Below are positions 36,401 to 46,419 of a stretch of 64,000 nt of DNA, piece by piece. Below the pieces are notes generated by a model. It had not been told where the DNA came from, made no database searches, and saw only the letters and a list, made by a program, of their open reading frames with translations. The translations under genes and the position numbers were made by a program. Each line of letters starts with the position of its first letter. Positions within the stretch are counted from its first letter, which is position 1. This stretch comes from an uncultured Planctomycetaceae bacterium (GTDB lineage Bacteria > Planctomycetota > Planctomycetia > Planctomycetales > Planctomycetaceae): the NCBI GenBank assembly GCA_963815195.1, contig CAWFGE010000008.1, positions 544,001 to 608,000 on the forward strand, read 5' to 3'.

Positions 36401-37890
36401 GGGACTTGCATCGTTTCCAGCAGTCGGTGCTGCGGACAGGAGCGCGGGTCGTGAAGCACTCCCGCCGCCTCGTGATTTACATTGAGGAAAGCGTGAGCGC
36501 GTTTGGGCCGCGATGTCTTCCCGCATCCGATCGCTGCGTCTGGCCAACCTCTGGCCACGTCCGCGCGGAGCTCGCCCGCGGCCCTACACACCTCTCCCAC
36601 GTCACGCCCATGAGCAACTGGTTCTTCGGGACTGAGCAGTTCGCCATCGTGGCATCCGCCTTTCTGTTTCTTTCCTTCACTCACCCAACGATCGCCAGGC
36701 CCCAGGGGGAAAGGGGGCGGTCCGCCCATCCTCCGCTCCCCAACCACCCGGTGCACTTTCCGCCACGGAAATACTCACCACGCACGAACCTGATGAATAA
36801 TCCGGGATGAATATGAGTCGCTAATGGAGCAGGCGTTTCGCGAAGCGGGTCGTATCCTTAAACCCCAATCGCCGCTTGTTGTTGTCTATGCACACAAGAC
36901 CACTCTCGGTTGGGCAACACTCGTTGAGTCATTGCGGCGAGCTGGATTTTCCGTTACCGAGGCGTGGCCGCTCGATACGGAGAATGCCTCGCGAATGCGC
37001 CAAAAGACTCCGCCGCCCTCGCATCCAGCATCTTTCTTGTCGCCCGTAAACGCGGATCAAGCGCTGGCGTCGGCAATTACGAAGACGACGTACAGCCGGA
37101 CTTGCAGCAGATCGTGCGGGAGCGAGTCGAGACGCTTTGGGAGATGGGGATCGCGGGGGCGGACCTGGTAATTGCGTGCGTGGGCGCGGGACTGCGGGCG
37201 TTTACGAAGTACGAGCGGGTCGAGTATGCGAACGGAGAGGAAGTTCCCGCCCAAAAGTTTCTGGCCGAGGTCGAGGGGGTCGTGCTTGACACGATGATGG
37301 GCAAGCTCTTCGGTCAAGCAAGTGCGAAGGTCAGCGCCATCGACCCGGCAAGCCGCTTCTACATCCTCTGGCGGTTCGTCTACAAGGCGTCCGAGATCGA
37401 CGCGGGCGAAGCCATTGTGTTCACCTACGCACAGCACGTTGAGCTGGATGGGCCATTGGGCCTTTCGACCGGCAAGGCCGCGCTGGTCGAAAAGAAAAAG
37501 TCGAAGTACCGTGCCCGTGACTTCACCGAGCGGGGCGACAACGACAAGCTCGGCCTGCCGAGCGACGATGGCCAGCCCGCACCGCTGATTGATGTACTCC
37601 ACCGGACGCTCTGGTTGATGGAGAATAGTCCCCGCAAGCTGAAGGAATTCCTGATTGAGACCGAACCCGACCGAGAACGGCTGAGGCTGTTGGCACAAGC
37701 ACTCGTCGGCGCAGCACTTTCCGGCAAAAGCGAGGAGGACGCTGAAAAGCTCATCGGGACGACCGCCGCAGAACGCTCCGCCCTCGGCAAGCTGCTGGCA
37801 AACTGGAAAGCGGTAATTGAAAGCGCCGTGATCTCGCCCGCGGAGCGAAGCGACAAGAAGGCGGGGCAGAAACGATGGGAATTCGAGTAA
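33465..37890 (+). pseudogene. DUF1156-type DNA methyltransferase, 5'-truncated and split by IS1380
   Basis: In-frame PVAHIIQLCTLVYPQKYG upstream of ORF 33543, AYLWTRTVRCKNPGC, CPFC, catalytic ITDPPYYDNV; resumes at 36812 with YESLMEQAF...VVYAHKT...EAWPLDTE, then ALASSIFLVARK after a frameshift near 37003. Confidence 0.85.
35031..36806 (+). mobile_element. IS1380-family element (transposase from 35135, apparent frameshifts near 35750 and 36505)
   Basis: Terminal IRs CCCGGATTATTCACCA / TGATGAATAATCCGGG; ATGAA target duplication at 35026-35030 and 36807-36811; LTSHAG, LASQPTQSR, TIDIDS, YNGYY..YHPL, RIDAGF, YRKRGTFEDR. Confidence 0.93.
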
Positions 37891-37920
37891 CAACATCCTC
37901 AGCAATTCGGCGGACTCAAC

Positions 37921-39562
37921 ATGGCGACGAAAACCGAGTCAATCCTGTCTCTGCTCAATCAGATCCGGAACGATCAGCAGACTGGTGTTGCCGGATCTCC
38001 AGCGGGACTTTGTCTGGGGCCGAGACCAGATTCGATTGTTGATGGATTCGGTCATGCGGGAATACCCATTTGGCTCGCTCCTGATGTGGCAGACTCGCTT
38101 CCTTGAAGTCCCCTATCGAGAATTTCTGCAGGATTACTCGCCAGGTGCGACCTTCATTCCCAAGATCAAGAAGGCGGGCGTACCGCTACGAATGGTTCTC
38201 GACGGCCAGCAGCGGCTTCAGTCCTTGTTCATCGCAATTTATGGCTCGCACGATAAAAGACGCCTCTATCTGAACGTCACGAGTGGCCCCGGCGCTTCGT
38301 CCGAACAGGACGACTCGGATGATGGTGTGCCTGCGTCGTATCGATTTGAGTTTTGGCAGGACAGCGATCCCAATCGTCCGAAACGGCTTGTGCTGGTTTC
38401 CGAGGTTGTGACTTGGACCGCGCGTTATGAGGATACACAGATCGACAAGCTCATCCGAGATATTGGGCTCAAGGACGCGGAAGCCGCACGTGCTCGGCGA
38501 AACCTGCGATTATTGCGTCAGGTAATGAGCCGGAGTGATTTGGTTCCAGTCGAAACGATTGACGATGAAGCCCCCGATGCCGATTCGGCCCGCAGCATCG
38601 ATGAAATCTTGGAGATCTTCGTTCGAGTCAACACCGGGGGGACACGGCTCAGCCGGTCGGACCTGATGTTTTCGTTTTTGAAGACGAAATGGGGAGGTGC
38701 TCGAGTCGCGTTCGATGACTTGGTGCACTCCGTCGAGGCGAAGTCGCCGTTTGGGATCGACAAAGACTTCGTGATTCGTGGTCTTCTGATGGTTGCCGAC
38801 GCGCCCGTTAGTTACGACGTGGACAATGTTCAACGGCATTGGGCACAGCTAGAACCGGCGTTTGAACAGTTTCAGAAAGCACTTCATAGCACCGTTGACT
38901 TTATTAGAAGTCCAGATGTTGGAATCTTGAGTCGAACTCTCGTTCAGCCGCTTTCGACGCTTTATCCGCTCGTCTATTATCTCTTTCACTGCAAGAACGG
39001 TTCCGTCCCGGATGACCAGCGTGCCGCGCTGAAGTCCGCGCTGTACTTCCTGCTGTTTAATGGATTCGTGCGTTCCGAGGCACGGATTCGATACCTTCGA
39101 GACGAGATCAAGAAGCACAAGGGGAAGGCTTTTCCGCTGGATGGCGTCCTGAAGGTGGTTGAGACCAGGCAGAAGCATCACCATACCAAGACCTCAGCGG
39201 CGATGCTGGAGGACGATATTAAGCTCGCGCTGAATCTGGTCCAACCTACAGTGTGCCGCGAGACGCTTTCCTGGCAGGAATCGCCGGAAGTGGACCATAT
39301 CTTCCCGCAGTCGGTCTTTCGTCCGAAATTCCCGTTGCTCGTCGATGACATTGGAAACCTCGCATTCTTGGGGAAATTGAGGAACATCCGCAAGAGCGCC
39401 GAGATGCCATTAGAGTACTTCAAGGGTGAATCCGACGAGGCCTTGCGGGACAACTTTGCGATTGAGGATCGAACACTGCTCGAGCCCGATAAGTTCGAGG
39501 ACTTCGTCCAAACTCGCCGCGACTTGATCGTCACAAGAATCAAAGCCGCACTTGGCCGGTGA
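37921..39562 (+). CDS. DUF262 + HNH (DUF1524-like) protein, GmrSD-like nuclease; apparent frameshift near 37982
   Basis: LPDLQRDFVW, YPFGSLLMW, VLDGQQRL, IFVRVNTGG; C-terminal EVDHIFPQ...IGNLAFL..RN..KS. Confidence 0.88.
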
Positions 39563-39597
39563 TCCGAAGCATTCATTTGACAGGGAATCACAAGATA

Positions 39598-42477
39598 ATG
39601 TCAGTTCACGCACTCAAACCCTGGACCGAACTCGTCAACCTACACCCGGATGTTGAGTCGGGTAGTCTTGCAGAGGCTGTTTTTGCCATCGACCTTGGCG
39701 CTATTGCCACACGCGACGCGACCGCGCCTAAAGTCTACAGCAATCCGGATGCATTCTTCGCCGCGACGTATATCACCTCGGATTTGTATCGTCTGTTGGA
39801 GGAAGTGCTTGCCAGTCTCGACGGTCAGGGCACATACAACCGGGTGCTAAAGCTGCGCAGCCCGTTCGGGGGCGGCAAGTCGCACACGCTCGCATCGCTG
39901 CTTCACGCCGCCAAGTCGCGCAAGAGCCTGAACCAGATTGCCAAATGTCGGGCGCTTGCCGATCCTGGCCCGGTTGATGTGGCCGTTTTCGATGGCGAGA
40001 AGTTTACCGCAACCGGTGATAAGGACGTTGGGGGCGGCCAGACAGTCAACACCATGTGGGGATGGATCGGCTGGCAGCTTGGGCCGGAATCATACAAGGT
40101 GGTCAAAAAGCACGATGTGGAGCGAGTTTCGCCGGCGGGCGATGAAGTGAAGGCCATGCTCGAAGCTGGCGGTAAGCCTGTGCTGTTGCTGCTGGACGAG
40201 GTTCTCAAGTACATGGAGCGGGCGGCAGCGGTCGGAGTCAAGGATTCGACCTTGCAACGCCAAGCCAAGGACTTCATACAAAATCTGACCGTTGAGGTCG
40301 CAAACAGCACCAATGCCGTGATGGTCTATTCGCTCCAATGGAGCGCCCGCGAGGCGCTGGGGAATGTTGCCTTGCTGGAAGAGTTGGACAAGCTGACCAG
40401 CCGGAAGGACCAGGTCCGTGAGCCGGTCACTGGCGACGAGGTGCTGGCGGTCGTCAAAACGCGATTGCTGAGCGCCGATCCCTCCGAAGAGATCTGTTCG
40501 CAGATCGCGGCCGCGTATAGCGATGTTGTCGGTAACTTCTGGCGTGCCCGCGCGGAAACGACCTCAGCCAAGCAGGATGCAGAGGAGCAGGCCCTACAGC
40601 TTAAGAGCCGGATGCAGGCGGCGTATCCGTTCCATCCCGCGCTCATCGATGTGATGAACACGCGCTGGACCAGCGTGGACGGTTTTCAGCGGACACGAGG
40701 CGCGTTGCGATTTCTTGCATCGTGCTTGCATGCGCTCAAGGAGCGTGGCGGTGCCAAACCGATCCTTGGCCCGGCGGACATTCCGATCAATGATGCGGAA
40801 GTCGTTCGGGCGATGCTCAAAGACCTTGATCCCAGGCAAGATTATTCCCCCGTGCTCAAACACGACCTCGTTGGCCCCAGCGCTCGGGCGAAACGGATTG
40901 ACGACCGACTCGCAAAGGAGACGCCCGCTCTGGCGAATGTTCGGCCGGCGCAGCGATTGGCGACGGCGATCCTCGCATACAGCTTCGGCGGTTTGAAACG
41001 TGAAGACGGCGCGGAAACGCTGCCTCCCGGCGTAACCGAGTCGGAATTGCTGGCGGCTTGTGTCGGGCCTGATCTGGATAGTATCACCGCATCAGCCGTG
41101 CTGGGTGAATTGCGTAATGCCTGTCTTTATCTGCACTACGACGGCATTCGCTATTGCTTCAAGAAGGATGCCAATGTCACAAAGCTGATCGAGGATGCAG
41201 AGCAGGAGGTCGCTCGCGACGCGGACGCGGTCCGAGAGCGGGTAAAACATTTGTTAGAGCAGCGGCTAGCTGGGAAAAACGATGCCATCGTCTGGCCGCC
41301 AACGTCACAGGATCTGCCGAACAACGAACCATGCTTTCTGATCGGTTACATGTCTTTGGAATTAGCCGGCAAGTCGGCCTCCCAGCAGAACGAGGAAGCC
41401 GTGGCGATGCTGTCGAAGTTCGGGGAAAAACCCCGCGAATATCGTAATGGTGTCGCGCTCGCCATTCCCGACAAAAAGCCAATCGAGTCGTTGCGGCGGG
41501 CGGTTCGCTATTTGATGGCCGTCGAAAGGGTAGAGACGAAGAAGAAGCAGCACAAATTGACGAAGGACCAAGACGACCAACTCAAGGAACGACGCCGCAC
41601 TGAGGAGGCTGCAATCGAGACGGCGTTCCGGCAACTTTATCCTTCGGTTTGGCTGCCACGAGTCGGCAGCGGCGGAGCGATCGAGCTGGAGAGGATCGAG
41701 GTCGGCGGCCGCCCTCTTCAGGCGACCGGAGTTCACGAACGGGTGATGGAATTGCTGACCTCCGTTGGGACGCCCAAGATTCACGGGACCCTACATCCCC
41801 GCAAGATCATTGAGCGCATGAAACTCGGAGAGTCACTTGCGGAAGGCGAGCCACCTCGTTTGGGTGTTTCGACGAAGGATGTGCGGGATGCGTTTTTCGG
41901 ATTCCTGGAACCACCACGAATCAATTCGGATCAAGTGCTGCGGAAATCCGTCGCGCGGGGCGTGTCTGAGGGAATGTTTGGATACTGTAGCGGGAAACCG
42001 TCCCTTGGCGCGGATGGCAAGTTCGAAGTGGCAACGTCGAAAGTCGCCATCGGTCGCACGATGGCAGACGATGAAATCGATTTCGACAACGGTTTCCTGA
42101 TTGCGCCCGACGCGGTTCCCGTGCCGCCAACACCTCCCACAGGCAACGAGCCAGACGGCGGCGTTACTCCTCCGGCGACTGGCGGCGAAATGCCCGCTGG
42201 CGGCGAGCAGCCCGCGGGCGGCGGCTTTACCGGTGGTGTCGGTAATCCGACCGCTCGCACCGACGTTCGGATTACTTTCCCCGCGTCGCGCGACGACGTC
42301 TTTAAGTCATTTCAGGCAATCGCCAATCTCGCGGACAAGTCGGAGGGCGGAAAGATTAAGATCACGATCGACGGTCACGCATCCGCTGGTTACGACCCGA
42401 ACTGGCTGAGGAACGCCGTTGAGGAACCGCTCGACGAAGCGGACATTGATGGCCTGGAGATTACAGACGAAAGTTGA
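39598..42477 (+). CDS. DUF499-family AAA+ ATPase
   Basis: KPW...HPDV...FAIDL, FFAATYIT, Walker A FGGGKSH, LLLLDE, AYPFHP, GFQRTRGALR. Confidence 0.88.
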   Translation: MSVHALKPWTELVNLHPDVESGSLAEAVFAIDLGAIATRDATAPKVYSNPDAFFAATYITSDLYRLLEEVLASLDGQGTYNRVLKLRSPFGGGKSHTLASLLHAAKSRKSLNQIAKCRALADPGPVDVAVFDGEKFTATGDKDVGGGQTVNTMWGWIGWQLGPESYKVVKKHDVERVSPAGDEVKAMLEAGGKPVLLLLDEVLKYMERAAAVGVKDSTLQRQAKDFIQNLTVEVANSTNAVMVYSLQWSAREALGNVALLEELDKLTSRKDQVREPVTGDEVLAVVKTRLLSADPSEEICSQIAAAYSDVVGNFWRARAETTSAKQDAEEQALQLKSRMQAAYPFHPALIDVMNTRWTSVDGFQRTRGALRFLASCLHALKERGGAKPILGPADIPINDAEVVRAMLKDLDPRQDYSPVLKHDLVGPSARAKRIDDRLAKETPALANVRPAQRLATAILAYSFGGLKREDGAETLPPGVTESELLAACVGPDLDSITASAVLGELRNACLYLHYDGIRYCFKKDANVTKLIEDAEQEVARDADAVRERVKHLLEQRLAGKNDAIVWPPTSQDLPNNEPCFLIGYMSLELAGKSASQQNEEAVAMLSKFGEKPREYRNGVALAIPDKKPIESLRRAVRYLMAVERVETKKKQHKLTKDQDDQLKERRRTEEAAIETAFRQLYPSVWLPRVGSGGAIELERIEVGGRPLQATGVHERVMELLTSVGTPKIHGTLHPRKIIERMKLGESLAEGEPPRLGVSTKDVRDAFFGFLEPPRINSDQVLRKSVARGVSEGMFGYCSGKPSLGADGKFEVATSKVAIGRTMADDEIDFDNGFLIAPDAVPVPPTPPTGNEPDGGVTPPATGGEMPAGGEQPAGGGFTGGVGNPTARTDVRITFPASRDDVFKSFQAIANLADKSEGGKIKITIDGHASAGYDPNWLRNAVEEPLDEADIDGLEITDES

Positions 42478-42503
42478 CGTATGTAGTTCACGAGGTTAGC
42501 AGA

Positions 42504-45451
42504 ATGCCTGATCGGTACGACCCAAAGGATCACATCCAGAAATTGCAAGTCGCACCTCGCGCTGAGGGCATTCTTGATCAACGAGAAATTACGATCCAAT
42601 CGTACCAGACGACCGTGCCATACGATTTCGAGACGCTGAATACCGGATTGAGCGGGGCTTGGCTAACGCCTCAGATTCGCCTTGGCGTGTTCTCTCACAT
42701 TGCCTCAACAAGCAAAGACGCATTGAATGTCGTGCTTGGACTCCAGGATGAACTGAAGGTTCGCGCCTACGATTACGACGAACGACGCCCGGTTTGGTAC
42801 GTGTGGCAGAATGTTGTGGTGGAAACAGTGAACGTCCATTACTACAGGGACAATCACGGACTGCTTCGATTCACGACTACTGGGGGAGGACGTCGGATCA
42901 CCGATGACCGCCTCCATGAATTCAACTCTGCGTTTCTCGGTATCCCCACGAATGCCGTAAGCAAACGTCAATTCGATCTAGACAAACTGCGGCTCCTCTG
43001 TTTTAGTCGGTTCAAGGATCGGCTCTATATGATTCGATTTGGGGAACCATCAGCAGCGGAATATGAAAGCATCGAACATGCGATGTTTCAAAGCCGCAAA
43101 TACATCGACCCAGATGTCGAGCGACTCAAAGAGATCAGAAATGATACGCAAGTGAAGATCGAATCGTTTGATTCTGACATTCCAGTTCCTTCTGAAGAGT
43201 TGATCGAAAAGATTTCCGTTCGTTTCTTTATCAGAGGATTGAGTGGGTCACTGCGTCTTCGATTTCCCAGATTCCGCTTTAAAAAGCAACTCAAAACCGA
43301 TGACGAGCAGGCACGGGCCTTCTACCGTCTCGCCGATGCGGCTGTGAATGCCATTCTCGACGCCGACTATTATGCTCACCAACCACGGTCCCTCGATGAT
43401 TTAAGTACTGATCTGGGCATGTATCCGGACGTGGTTGAGCTCGCCGATTTTCGGGAAGTGTTACTAAGTGATGAAGCTCGGAAGGACTTTTTTGAGAAGA
43501 TCGATCTCAGCGAGAAATGGCCATGTTGGAGCCCTCACACCTGCAGGCCATTGACGAACTGCTTGAATCAAAACCCGTCGCAATCGCTGTAGACCAGAAT
43601 ATCGTGGAGTTAGTAAATCGTGATCCGACGATTGCGGCACATTTATTGAATGTTTGCCAAGCCGATGCGAGGAAACATCGTGTGGCGGCGCTGGTCGCGG
43701 ATCGCCTGTCGCGTCAGGTCCACGCGATTACCGCGGAAAGACGTGCTCAAATTGAAGAACAGCTACTTTCTTGGGCGATTGAAAGGGAAGTCGAATCCTG
43801 GGACGTTGATCCCGATACGGGCGACTTTGGTGCTCTACACTTGAAATGGCGGATTGACGACGATATTGCCTTCGATGTTCTCCCAATCATCATCTGGAAG
43901 CTCATGGGGGTAATGCACTCACGATTGACCGCCTCCACCGATGACATTGGCCCGCTGCTACGCAAGTACGACTGGTGCGTCACTGTCGCGAAGGACCTTC
44001 CAGCGCATCATTCGAAGAATCCAGCGGCGCTGCGATTGGTCGCGGAGAAACGCGTTCCGAAATCGGCTTCAGAGGCTGATCGGGTGCTCAAGAATCCGGT
44101 TTCCAACGTCCGCGATCTCGACGAGGCTTTACTGAATCAGTTTGGGCTCCCGCTTTGGCCACTTCTCACCGCGTCTCGTCGGGAAGGGAAGGTCCAGCTT
44201 TCCAATGAAGGCATCGGTTCGGCGTTGGCGGCAAGGGTGCAAGCAGCGAATGACGCGCCCAACGACGACGAAGAACCTGCCGCGTTCGATCTCGGTCCCG
44301 GCGATTCGGTTTCGCTGTCGTTGCCGAGCGACTATGCGACCGTCGATGTGCAATTTGAAAAGCTTGGCAGCACGTATCGTGTCGCCGTGCCCATTCTCGG
44401 CGAGGAATCGTCTACCGTGGCCATGGGCAACCAGCGAATCCTTCCGGCGACAATCAACCGCAAACGCCTCTCTGCCCAGCGCGAATATCGCAAGCAAATC
44501 GATCGGGAAGGAATCGTGATTGGATCGAGTCCAGCGGTGCTCGAAATCTTCGAGACGATTCACCACGCGAACCTGACCGATGGACCACCGGCAGTTCTGC
44601 TACTTGGTGAGCCTGGCGTTGGCAAGACGCACATTGCCGAGCTTCTCCACAAGTCGAGCAACCGCGCTTCAAAACCGTTTGAAGTGGTCAATGCCGGTGG
44701 CGCGGGCGGCGACATCAACATCCAACGCGGCGAGTGGATCGGCTACGGCAAGAATCACGGAATCCAGCACATCGAGAAAAAGGGCCAACCCGGCCACCTA
44801 ACGAAAGCGAACGGCGGCACGTTGTTCGTCGACGAATTCGCGTCGTTCTCTCTTGAATTGCAGGCAATCTTTCTGTCGGTGCTTGAAAAGCGCACCGTGC
44901 AAAAGGTTGGCGGCGAGAGTTTCACGCCTGACGTCAGGTGCATTTTTGCGACCAACGCCGATTTGGACAAAGCTGTCGATACAGGCGCGTTTCGGCGTGA
45001 CTTGCTTGATCGCATATCAGTGACGATTTGCATTCCGCCGCTTAGAGAGCGCAGGGGTGACATTCTCCTACTTGCGAGGAAATTCGCTGGCGAGCACTCA
45101 ATTGCGGACCGATGCCTGTTCGCCCTGCTTCGGTATGAATGGCCGGACAATATCCGGGGGCTGCAACTCAAGATGGCCGGCGCGATCGCAAAAATGAAGG
45201 CCGACAAGTCGGTGGCGATAGACATCGCGCACCTCGAACTTCCTGCGGATATCGTCTCCCAAGTTGAAGGTCTGAATGACGACGCGTGCCGACGCGATCT
45301 TTGGACGATTGCCGACGAGATTTCGCGCGGAGAGGGGTTCGAGCAGGGTGATGGACTGCAGCGCCGAGCCGCCGAGATCATGGGCGTAAGCGCGGCGCAG
45401 GCGTCGAAGATGTATCAGACGCTTGGACTCGCACGCGCAGCTTCTGCTTGA
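42504..45451 (+). CDS. Sigma54-activator-like (bEBP) AAA+ protein with large unknown N-terminus and C-terminal HTH; ORFs 42474-43592 and 43517-45451 probably joined by a frameshift near 43525
   Basis: VIGSSPAV, GEPGVGKT, GGTLFVDE, DVRCIFATNADL, FRRDLLDRI, IPPLRERRGDI, YEWPDNIRGL, HTH QRRAAEIMGVS; no GAFTGA. Confidence 0.8.
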
Positions 45452-45471
45452 GGGCCTTCGCCCCTCGCAGA

Positions 45472-45575
45472 CTTTCCTGTGAGGCAGATCGTCTTTCCTC
45501 GTCGGCCAAATTGTGGGGTCTGACTTTCCCGAGACCCCAAAACACTTTCCTCTGGGGCCGATCGTCTTTCCTCGT
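45472..45575 (+). promoter_or_regulatory. Array of five phased CTTTCC boxes, candidate upstream activator sites
   Basis: CTTTCC at 45472, 45493, 45524, 45545, 45566 (spacing 21, 31, 21, 21); GATCGTCTTTCCTCGT exact at 45487 and 45560. Confidence 0.65.
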
Positions 45576-45632
45576 TGTTGCTGCCGCTGCAAAAACCGCT
45601 GTTTTTACGGGGAAAATGCCCGGAATACGCAA

Positions 45633-45648
45633 TGGCACACCCCTTGCT
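45633..45648 (+). promoter_or_regulatory. Sigma54 (-24/-12) promoter
   Basis: TGGCAC-ACCCC-TTGCT matches TGGCAC-N5-TTGCW exactly, just downstream of a bEBP-like gene. Confidence 0.85.
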
Positions 45649-45723
45649 TTTAGTGTGTGCCGGATACAACGCATCGAATAGTTGGCGGTGCTATTCAAGG
45701 CTCTGAAGCAAGGAGAGGTCGTT

Positions 45724-45948
45724 ATGCCGGCAGTTATCCCTTCGATTCCCACGATCGGCGAAATCGCACGGCGGCTTGGCGAGCCCACGCATCGAATTGA
45801 GTACATCATCAGAGCCCGCGGCATCCTGCCGTGTGGTCGCGCGGGTAACGCCCGCGTCTTCGATGAGGCGGCGGTTAAGGCAATCGGCGCGGCGTTGCAG
45901 CAGGTCGACGCCTCAAAGGTCCGCGACCACGAATTTTACGACTCCTAA
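45724..45948 (+). CDS. Small MerR/excisionase-like HTH protein
   Basis: AAGGAGAGG RBS; TIGEIARRLGEPTHRIEYII...RAGNARVFDE. Confidence 0.75.
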   Translation: MPAVIPSIPTIGEIARRLGEPTHRIEYIIRARGILPCGRAGNARVFDEAAVKAIGAALQQVDASKVRDHEFYDS

Positions 45949-45960
45949 CCAAATGGCGTG

Positions 45961-46030
45961 GGGCTCGTGGCATGGTCGCCAGAACAGGATTCCTAACCTG
46001 GTTCCCCGGGTTCGATTCCCGGCGGGTCCA
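45961..46030 (+). ncRNA. tRNA-Arg(CCT)-like cloverleaf, non-canonical
   Basis: Acceptor GGGCTCG/CGGGTCC+A, T arm CCGGG-TTCGATT-CCCGG, anticodon arm CAGG-ATTCCTAA-CCTG, short D arm TGGC-ATGGTC-GCCA. Confidence 0.65.
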
Positions 46031-46037
46031 TTTACGA

Positions 46038-46068
46038 AATGCGCCCGGTGACGGTCACCGGGCGCATT
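46038..46068. repeat. Perfect 15-bp palindrome (hairpin or operator)
   Basis: AATGCGCCCGGTGAC-G-GTCACCGGGCGCATT. Confidence 0.8.
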
Positions 46069-46146
46069 CACCAGAACAGGATTCCTATATCAACATTCTA
46101 GTCCAATCGACGGCTGTTGACAACAACGAGCACTCTTGGAGATGAC

Positions 46147-46419
46147 ATGGGGACGATGCGGCGTTCGACCGAGTTCAAGGGTCTGGACGAAATTGACGAA
46201 AGTACGGAAGCCGGGCTTGCGCCGCTGTTGCTGACCGCAAAGCAGGCCGCGGAGATCTGCGGTAAATCGTTGCGGACCTGGCGGACATGGGACGCGGCAG
46301 GCTGGATTCCGCGGCCGGTGCGGATCGGACGCTCGACCCTCTGGCGTTTCGAGGAACTGCGGGAATGGGTGGCTGCGGGTTGTCCCCGCCGAGCTGAGTG
46401 GGAGGCGCGGACATGCTGA
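46147..46419 (+). CDS. AlpA-like excisionase / HTH regulator
   Basis: LLLTAKQAAEICGKSLRTWRTWDAAGWIPRPVRIGRSTLWRFEELREWV. Confidence 0.85.
   Translation: MGTMRRSTEFKGLDEIDESTEAGLAPLLLTAKQAAEICGKSLRTWRTWDAAGWIPRPVRIGRSTLWRFEELREWVAAGCPRRAEWEARTC

Noticed and set aside
45472..45575. Mini-CRISPR from the repeated GATCGTCTTTCCTCGT
   Set aside because: Only two 16-bp copies; the short phased boxes fit protein-binding sites better.
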